NCBI GenBank assembly: GCA_963667465.2
Contig: CAXXDN010000002.1
Coordinates: 864,001 to 928,000 of the forward strand
Direction of reading: 5' to 3'
DNA: 64,000 bases
Origin: Dehalococcoidia bacterium
GTDB lineage: Bacteria; Chloroflexota; Dehalococcoidia; UBA2979
The position numbers were made by a program, and so were the translations under genes. Below the pieces are notes generated by a model, which was given only the letters and a program-made list of their open reading frames with translations, made no database searches and had not been told where the DNA came from. This document shows positions 57,192 through 64,000 of the stretch, in pieces. Every line of letters starts with the position of its first letter. Within the stretch, counting starts at the first letter, position 1.

Positions 57192-58220
57192 CTACAGGGG
57201 CTTACGAGCGAGGAAGCAGTAGAGCGGGGTGAATATCCCCGTCTTGCCGCCCGCGACGTAGGCGTCCGCCGTGCGATCGAGGAGGCGGACGACTTCCGCG
57301 GAGCCTTTCGGGAACAGCCGCACCACCTCGGCCAGCCTCGCGCCCGCGATCATCGCCTTGCGACCCCACGGCAGCCTGCGCAAGGCCCCCCCAGCGCCCG
57401 TGCGGCGCTCCATCGGTTGATACCAGGGGATGGACGTCCCTTCTTCGGACGCCCTGTCCAGCCCTTCGATGACCTCGAATCCCACCGCTTCGAGCGCGCG
57501 GTTCACTTCCCCGAACGTCGCGATGTCGTTCAGCGCGATACCGTGCATGAGCTCCTGCTTGATGGCCGGATGGCGGAGGTCGTTCGGATCGAACGTGTCC
57601 GTCAGGCACATTTCCTGGCCCCAGAACAGGGCTCCGGGCTTCAGCACACGGAAGATCTCCGCGAACGCGCCTTGCTTGTCCGGGGCATGGCATGTCGACT
57701 CGATGGCATAACCGCAGTCGAACGTGTCGTCTTCGAAGGCGCTCATATCCATGAAGCTGCACGCCTTGTAATCGAGCAGGTGGCCGATCCCGCTCTCGGC
57801 GCTGCGCCTTCGCGCCATCTCCAACTGGACCTCGTTGATGTTGATGCCGACGACGTGCACGCCGGCCTCACGGGCGACGCGGCGCATCGGGCCGCCGACG
57901 CCACAGCCGACATCGATCGCCGTCATGCCCTCCTGCATCTCGAGCTTGGAGATCATCAACCGCTGGTGCCGGACCTGGCTTTCCTCGAGGCTCTCATGGG
58001 GCGCGAGGGGCGCGAAGTGCAGGGATTCGCTCCAGCCCCAGACCATGAACCCGCTGCTTAGGTCGTAGTAGTCCTTCACCGTCTGGGTGTGGTCGTACCG
58101 CGCGGAATCAGCATCGCGCGCCGCCCGCTCGCTCCAGCCGCCAAAATCTCGCACGCGACGCGAGACATCCGAGCCCCGGTACGCATCCCGCAACTCTCTT
58201 GACAGGTTGCGGAGCTGCAT
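57192..58220 (-). CDS. Sterol C24-methyltransferase (ERG6/SMT-like)
   Basis: Region I YYDL...WGWSESLHFAP, II DVGCGVGGP, III YAIESTCHAP, IV IFRVLKPG, and C-terminal GGKTGIFTPLYCFLARKP. Confidence 0.9.
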   Translation of the reverse strand: MQLRNLSRELRDAYRGSDVSRRVRDFGGWSERAARDADSARYDHTQTVKDYYDLSSGFMVWGWSESLHFAPLAPHESLEESQVRHQRLMISKLEMQEGMTAIDVGCGVGGPMRRVAREAGVHVVGININEVQLEMARRRSAESGIGHLLDYKACSFMDMSAFEDDTFDCGYAIESTCHAPDKQGAFAEIFRVLKPGALFWGQEMCLTDTFDPNDLRHPAIKQELMHGIALNDIATFGEVNRALEAVGFEVIEGLDRASEEGTSIPWYQPMERRTGAGGALRRLPWGRKAMIAGARLAEVVRLFPKGSAEVVRLLDRTADAYVAGGKTGIFTPLYCFLARKPL

Positions 58221-58463
58221 CACGGGGCCAACTCCAACCCTTGGCCGAAGGTTCCTGGGCGCGGTCGAGTGGCCTGACCGGACATCAAGAGCCGCCGTCC
58301 GTTCATCACAACCGCCCGCCGACGTGGAGATCGTGCACGCCAACCCGCGCCTGCGACCACGGCGAGGCCCAGAATGCTGTCACCAAGTGTACGCCCGTGG
58401 GGTAAGGGCTCGCACCACGAAGCGCGGTAGCCGGGCGGCTCGTGCGTTGCCGGGAATGCGCGG

Positions 58464-60947
58464 CTACGGTGCTCCCGGCTCCTGCTCGTGGCGCCGGTGC
58501 ACCGCCTCGATCGCCAGGTCCAGCTCCTCCGTCATGCGGTCCACCATCGAGCGAAGCCGCATGTTCTGGTACGCGCCCCAGACCGTCATGGCGGGCGGCA
58601 CCACGAGGATGGAAACGATCAGCGAGTAGGCAATCGTGATCGCCGCGGTGAGGCCGAACTGCTGGGACGCAAGGAGCGGCGAGGCCACCAGCACTCCAAG
58701 CCCGAGCGCCGTCGTCAGCGCAGAGCCGAGCAGTGCCGATCCGGTAGTCGCGAGTGTCCGGATCGCCGCCTGCTCCGGGTTGCGCACGCGGGTGAATTCC
58801 TCGCGGTAGCGATGGATCAGGTGGATCGTGTAGTCCACCCCGATGCCGATGGAGAGCGCCGTGATGATCGAGGTGACCAGGGTGTAGGGAATGTCCAGCA
58901 GCGCCATCGTGCCAAGCACCCAGATGAGGACGAGCACGATCGGCCCCACCGCGATCACCGCCAGCAGTGGTTGGCGCTGCGTCACCCAGAAAAAGACGGC
59001 GAGGATCCCGAGGGCTACCGCGATGGTCGTGCTGATCGCCTGGGTCTGCCGGCCCGTGATCTCGTCGGTGACCGCGACCGCAACGATGTCGAGCGAGGTC
59101 GCCGTCACTGCGCCGTCGTCGCCGAACCAGAGGGCCTCGATATCCTCCTGCAGCGCCCTCGTGACCGCGGGATCGCCGGAGTAGGCCGGGAACTGGACCA
59201 GCAGCGCGTCGACGCCCTCCGGATCGTTCACGAGCGAGCGCACGAGGGTGGGATCTCGCGCGCTGAGCTTGTCGAGGAGCTCCTGCATGATGACCGGGTC
59301 GAGTTGCACCCCGGCGGTGGCTTGCTCGAAGAGCGCCGCGAGCTCCGGGTCGTACTTGTCACCGGGCGCGCCGCTGTCCTCGGTCCAGTCGTTGACGAGC
59401 AATTCGTAGGAGACCTGGATCGGTCCCGCGGCCGCCGGCGGGCGACGTGTCTCGTCTTCGAAGGCGGTCCTGAGATCATGCAAGTTCAGCAGGGTCCGGG
59501 TCTCGGTCGCCTCGGCGGTGACGAGCACGCTCGCCATCTCCGTCGAGCCACCGACGGTTGCGTCGAGGGTTTCCATATCCTTGAGCACGGCACCGCCACG
59601 GGGGAGGATCTCGCGGATGTTGAATCCGGATTCGAGTCCCGTCGCCGCGTACCCGAGCCCGATCGTCACCGCAATCACGACGATGAAGTAGGGCGCCGGC
59701 GTGCGCGCAACCGACGTACCGAGCAGCTCTGCCAGCCGTCCGATGCCGGGCAGGGCGTTCGCGACCGGGCGAGGCTGCGTCAACGTGCCGCGAGACTCGC
59801 GCCGCCGGTCGATGATCATCCGGCCGGCCGGGATCAGCGTCAGCATCACGATCAAGCTCAGGCCCACGCCCAGCCCCGCAACGATGCCAAAGTCGCCCAT
59901 CACGCCGATCGGGGAGAGCAGGTTGACGAGCAGGCTCGCGATCGTCGTGACGGCGGCCAGGGTCAGCGGGACGGTGACGTGTTGCAGTCCGATCCGCACC
60001 GCCGCCAGGACCGGCTCGCCCTCGGCGCGCTGCTCGCGGTAGTGCGAGACGCCCTGGATCGCGTAGTCCACGGTGAGGCTGATCACGATGATCGGCACCA
60101 GCGCGGTGAGCGAGCTCGGTGGGCCGATCAGCCCCAGCGCGTTCGGTCCGAGCCAGCCCTCTGCCCCGATCACCCAGATCAATGAGAGCAGCAGCCCGAG
60201 CAGTGTGAGCAGCAGATCCGAGAGCGTGCGAAGGAAGACCAGGATCAGCGCCGCGATCAGCAGCAGCGCCAGTCCGATCAGGGGCGCCATCCCTTCCTCG
60301 GTGGCTTTGCGGTACTCATCCTCGACCACGATCGGTGAGACGCTGCTCACGCGCAGTGGGCCCTCGTCCGCTATCGCCAGCTCGTTGATCCGCCGTTCAG
60401 CCTCCTTCACCCGCTCGTCCCCGGTGTTGATCAGGCGGATGGTGGCGATCGCGACCGGCGTACCGTCCGTATCGCTTCCGGTCATCGCAGCGAGCCCCTC
60501 GCCGATCTCGGGGACGCCGCGGACAGCGTCGATCTCGGCCTGCGTGACCGCACCGAAGCCATCCACCTGGAGCACGGCGCTGATCAGCAGCGTGGGCGCG
60601 GTGACCGGGTTTCCGTGCGCCAGCAGCTCCCCCACGCCGGGATCGCCGGTGATGCGACCGATCAGGCCGTCCATCTGCGAAAGCCCCTCGGGAGTCAGCG
60701 CCTCCCCGCGAAAGATCAGCGTGACGACGCCGACATCGCTCGACTCCCCGAAGTGCTTGTCGATCCCCTCGATCGCGTTGGCGACGGCGTTCCCGGGCGG
60801 AAGGAAGGCCAGGGCAGCGCCCTCCACCACCGGCGCGCGCCGCCCCGCACCCGCGGCCAGCACGACGGTGACGATCAAGAGCACGAGGATCGTGAGGTAC
60901 GGGCGCGCCGTGACCAGCCAGCTCAGCCTGGCGAGAACTCTACTCAT
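58464..60947 (-). CDS. MMPL/RND-superfamily transporter
   Basis: Two repeats of 1+5 TM with large extracytoplasmic loops; SLTVDYAIQ and GIGVDYTIH motifs. Confidence 0.9.
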   Translation of the reverse strand: MSRVLARLSWLVTARPYLTILVLLIVTVVLAAGAGRRAPVVEGAALAFLPPGNAVANAIEGIDKHFGESSDVGVVTLIFRGEALTPEGLSQMDGLIGRITGDPGVGELLAHGNPVTAPTLLISAVLQVDGFGAVTQAEIDAVRGVPEIGEGLAAMTGSDTDGTPVAIATIRLINTGDERVKEAERRINELAIADEGPLRVSSVSPIVVEDEYRKATEEGMAPLIGLALLLIAALILVFLRTLSDLLLTLLGLLLSLIWVIGAEGWLGPNALGLIGPPSSLTALVPIIVISLTVDYAIQGVSHYREQRAEGEPVLAAVRIGLQHVTVPLTLAAVTTIASLLVNLLSPIGVMGDFGIVAGLGVGLSLIVMLTLIPAGRMIIDRRRESRGTLTQPRPVANALPGIGRLAELLGTSVARTPAPYFIVVIAVTIGLGYAATGLESGFNIREILPRGGAVLKDMETLDATVGGSTEMASVLVTAEATETRTLLNLHDLRTAFEDETRRPPAAAGPIQVSYELLVNDWTEDSGAPGDKYDPELAALFEQATAGVQLDPVIMQELLDKLSARDPTLVRSLVNDPEGVDALLVQFPAYSGDPAVTRALQEDIEALWFGDDGAVTATSLDIVAVAVTDEITGRQTQAISTTIAVALGILAVFFWVTQRQPLLAVIAVGPIVLVLIWVLGTMALLDIPYTLVTSIITALSIGIGVDYTIHLIHRYREEFTRVRNPEQAAIRTLATTGSALLGSALTTALGLGVLVASPLLASQQFGLTAAITIAYSLIVSILVVPPAMTVWGAYQNMRLRSMVDRMTEELDLAIEAVHRRHEQEPGAP

Positions 60948-61015
60948 GGCGCGCCCTTCTCCCGGAGCATCCCACGCCTAAGGCGCTGGCGCACCGCGCG
61001 GGCGTCTCGACGCGA

Positions 61016-61708
61016 CTACAGAATCCCGAGGCGAATCGCCGTGACGACGGCATCCAGCTTGGTCGTCGCGTTGAGCTTCCCGCGGAAGTGGCGGACGTGG
61101 TTGCGCACCGTGTGCGGGCTGATGCTCAACGCCTCGGCGATCCGCTGCGTGCCCCAGCCCGCCGCTACCAGGCGCAGGACTTCCACCTCTCGCGCGGTGA
61201 GCCGTCCCAGCTCAGGCGACGGCGAGACCCTCACCGGCTGGTCGGACAGGATGTCGGCACCCTGCTCGAGCAACTCGCTGCGCAGCGAGTCGGCCGCCCG
61301 CTCGGACCCTGCCTCCTCGGCAGGCTCGGCGAACAGGTGAACCAGGAACGGGGCGTCCTCGCCCGGGGCCGCGATGACCATCGGAGTGAGCGAGACGGAC
61401 TTGCGTTCGCCGGACTCGCAGAGCATCAGCATCGTGCATGCACGCGGGATCTCGCCGCCTCGCAAGGTACGGAGCGACGGGCAACCGAGCAGGCACTCGG
61501 GCGTGAAGCCCCCGGGCGTCAACCCGGTCACCACCTCGTAGCAGCGGCGGCCGATCACCTGGCCGCGCGAAAAGCCGAGAATCCGTTCCGCAGCCTGATT
61601 CCAGGACACAATGGTCTGATCGATTGACATTACGTAGGCGCCGAACGGCGCCGTTGCGAGGAACTGAACGACGGCATCCAATCTCACAGGGCCCTCATCC
61701 TTACTCAA
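61016..61708 (-). CDS. PAS-domain LuxR-family transcriptional regulator
   Basis: IVSWNQAAERILGFS..QVIGRRC (PAS); LTAREVEVLRLVAAG...ISPHTVRNHV (LuxR HTH). Confidence 0.92.
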   Translation of the reverse strand: MSKDEGPVRLDAVVQFLATAPFGAYVMSIDQTIVSWNQAAERILGFSRGQVIGRRCYEVVTGLTPGGFTPECLLGCPSLRTLRGGEIPRACTMLMLCESGERKSVSLTPMVIAAPGEDAPFLVHLFAEPAEEAGSERAADSLRSELLEQGADILSDQPVRVSPSPELGRLTAREVEVLRLVAAGWGTQRIAEALSISPHTVRNHVRHFRGKLNATTKLDAVVTAIRLGIL

Positions 61709-62128
61709 GCATCGACCATTAGGGGTACGTCTACAGTTTGCCGTTTACCCTCGTTCAATGGCCTCGTTTTTCTTCCCGCGAACATACCACCAATGCGGCA
61801 CGGACAAGTCAAGCATCCAGCGTTGCGCGTGATCCATAACACTTTCGTGCCATGCCAACCCTTTACGAGTGCCGCTCACTCTCGAATCGGTGCTGCCAGA
61901 TGCTGCACCGCCTCTCCGAGACTATACGCGCTCATACGCGTTTATGCGGAATCCCGCCCGCGTTATGCCCGCATGCGCAGCGCGGCGCCATCACACGGCC
62001 GACGCCACATGCGCGGTGGCTGCCGCACGGGATCCGCGCGTTACGTGCTTTGACATCGCGGACGGAAGCGCACACGATCCGGGCGCTCGTCGGCAACAGG
62101 ACGGGCGCGGAGCGGAAGGGGCGCCCCA

Positions 62129-63310
62129 ATGCGAGGCACCTCGGCGATCGTCGGCATCGGCGAATCGACCTACTACCGGCCGGGCGGCTCCCCGGACAGC
62201 GAACTGCAGCTCGCGGTCACGGCGATCACCAATGCCGCCGCCGACGCGGGCATCGACGTCGAGGAGATCGACGGCTTCGTCTCGTACGGCAACGACCGAA
62301 GCACGCCCTCGAAGCTCTCGACGGTGCTCGGCGTCAACGAGACGAAGTTCGCCGCACTGTCGTGGGATGGTGGCGGCAACAACGTCGCCGGCACGCTCGC
62401 CATCGCGGACGCGGCGGTCACCGCGGGCTACGCCGACTACGTGGTCTGCTACCGCAGCCTCGCCCAGGGCGAGTACGGGCGCTTCGGGCAGGCGCGGGTC
62501 ACGGGCCGCGTGCGCGTGCCCGAGGAGGGCGCGTTCCGGGTCCCCTACGGCGTGATGGTCCCGGCCCACTGGTACGCGATGATCGCGCAGCGCTTCATGT
62601 ACGAGCACGGCATCACCGAGCACGCCCTCGCCGAAATCTCGCTCGCCGCCTACGCGCACGCGCAGCGCAATCCTCGCGCGATCCGCCACGGCCGCGAGCT
62701 GACGAAGGACGACTACCTCAACTCGCGCTGGATCGTCGAGCCGTTCCGGCTCTTCGACTGCTGCCAGGAGAACGACTGCTCCGCCGCCGTGATCGTGACC
62801 AGCGCCGAGCGCGCACGCGAGCTCGACAAGCAGCCGGTCTACATCCGCTCCGCCGCGCAGGGCATCGACTACCGCGGCGCGGCCGGCGGCGCAGTCGGCG
62901 CGGGCTACAACGACCCCGACTTCCCGACGGCGCACTACAAGAACATCGCCGACATGATCTGGTCCCGCGCGGGCGTCGGCCCCAAGGACGTCCAGGTCGC
63001 GCAGTTCTACGAGAACTTCACCGGCCTCGCGCTGATGGCGATCTCCGAGATGGGCTTCTCGCCACCCGAGGAGATCGAGGACTGGGTGCGCGCCGGCAAC
63101 CTGCGCTGGCCGGACGGCGAGCTGCCGATCAACACCAGCGGCGGCAACCTCGCCGAGGCCTACGTCCACGGCTTCGAGCTTGTCAACGAGGCGGCCCGCC
63201 AGGTCCGCGGCGAGTCCACCTGCCAGGTCGACAATGTCGAGTTCAGCCTCGTTGTCGCGGGACCGGGAGCGCTGCCGGCGAGCGCCGCGCTGCTCTCGGT
63301 CGAGCCGTAG
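62129..63310 (+). CDS. SCP-x-type thiolase-like / lipid-transfer protein (Ltp-like)
   Basis: AIVGIGES, HAQRNPRA, FDCCQEND, QFYENF, INTSGGNLAEAYVHG. Confidence 0.88.
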   Translation: MRGTSAIVGIGESTYYRPGGSPDSELQLAVTAITNAAADAGIDVEEIDGFVSYGNDRSTPSKLSTVLGVNETKFAALSWDGGGNNVAGTLAIADAAVTAGYADYVVCYRSLAQGEYGRFGQARVTGRVRVPEEGAFRVPYGVMVPAHWYAMIAQRFMYEHGITEHALAEISLAAYAHAQRNPRAIRHGRELTKDDYLNSRWIVEPFRLFDCCQENDCSAAVIVTSAERARELDKQPVYIRSAAQGIDYRGAAGGAVGAGYNDPDFPTAHYKNIADMIWSRAGVGPKDVQVAQFYENFTGLALMAISEMGFSPPEEIEDWVRAGNLRWPDGELPINTSGGNLAEAYVHGFELVNEAARQVRGESTCQVDNVEFSLVVAGPGALPASAALLSVEP

Positions 63311-63366
63311 CCGACGCCGCGAGCGCCGCATTCCGGGCCCCGCGCGGGCCCTGCGAGGAGAGCACC

Positions 63367-63789
63367 ATGACCCGATTCATGCCCGAAGACTGGCCCATTC
63401 CCGAGCTTGACCGCTTCAACCGCGACTTCTTCACCGCGGGCAAGCTCGTCGTGCAGCAGTGCGTGGCCTGCGGGACGGTCCAGCACCCGCCGGACGCCGC
63501 CTGCAACGCTTGCAGGGCGATGGACTTTCGCTCGCTGGAGACGAACGGTGAGGGGACGGTCTACTCGTACATCGTCGTCCACAACCCGCCCGCGCCCGCG
63601 CTGGCCGAGGCCGTGCCGTACGCCGTCGCGCTCGTCAGCCTCGACGAGCATCCGCACGTCCGCATCCTCGGCAACGTGCTCAACTGCGAGCCCGGCGAGG
63701 TAGCGATCGGCCAGAAGGTGCGCGCCGTCTTCGAGGAGATCGTCGACGAGGACGAGACACTGCTCGTACCGCAGTGGGAGCGCGTCTAA
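63367..63789 (+). CDS. DUF35 Zn-ribbon/OB-fold protein (thiolase partner)
   Basis: QQCVACG..HPP..ACNAC, GTVYSY, PYAVALVSLDE, IGQKVRAVFE. Confidence 0.9.
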   Translation: MTRFMPEDWPIPELDRFNRDFFTAGKLVVQQCVACGTVQHPPDAACNACRAMDFRSLETNGEGTVYSYIVVHNPPAPALAEAVPYAVALVSLDEHPHVRILGNVLNCEPGEVAIGQKVRAVFEEIVDEDETLLVPQWERV

Positions 63790-63809
63790 CCTCGCGCCAC
63801 CGGCAGGCC

Positions 63810-64000
63810 ATGGACACGAACCACGACGCCAGCGACGCCGCGGAGGAGAGCGCGCCGGCGCGCCTCGCGCCGATCCGTCCCGACGACCGTGCGGCGATCG
63901 AAGATCTCGAGGTAGTCGCGGCGCACCGTAACGAGTCGCACTGGTGGAATCACGCCTCGTTCGTGTTGCCGCTGCTCGGCGCGATCGTCTTCCTCGCGAT
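63810..64000 (+). CDS. Hypothetical membrane protein, 3'-truncated by the window edge
   Basis: Open frame MDTNHD... ending in hydrophobic FVLPLLGAIVFLA. Confidence 0.4.
   Translation, partial: MDTNHDASDAAEESAPARLAPIRPDDRAAIEDLEVVAAHRNESHWWNHASFVLPLLGAIVFLA

Overview
High-GC bacterial chromosomal window. The gene content (three luciferase-like monooxygenases, three CaiB/BaiF CoA-transferases, several SDRs and crotonases) suggests a Chloroflexota/Dehalococcoidia-like organism, possibly host-associated; this is inference only. It holds about 45 CDS, three tRNAs (Gly-GCC, Leu-CAA, Gln-TTG), one intact IS481 with a 6-bp target duplication, two type II toxin-antitoxin pairs, a proU-type ABC transporter and a Lhr-Ku-LigD DNA-repair neighbourhood. 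Main signals: (1) a candidate sterol-modifying cassette at 55.0-61.7 kb, with a GPP34/GOLPH3-like domain fused to an atypical cytochrome P450, a eukaryote-type sterol C24-methyltransferase, an MMPL/RND transporter and a PAS-LuxR regulator, next to an SCP-x thiolase/DUF35 pair; (2) a UGSC-family selenoprotein that the ORF track splits at an in-frame UGA followed by a SECIS-like hairpin, coupled to a redoxin-fusion gene; (3) a 1.58-kb islet between lhr and ku bounded by a 42-bp duplication of the lhr 3' end; (4) at least ten short (8-15 bp) tandem duplications, four of them copying a gene's stop codon; (5) two pseudogenes and a RibBA with a degenerate GTP cyclohydrolase II half. All family calls come from motif recognition by eye, not database searches.
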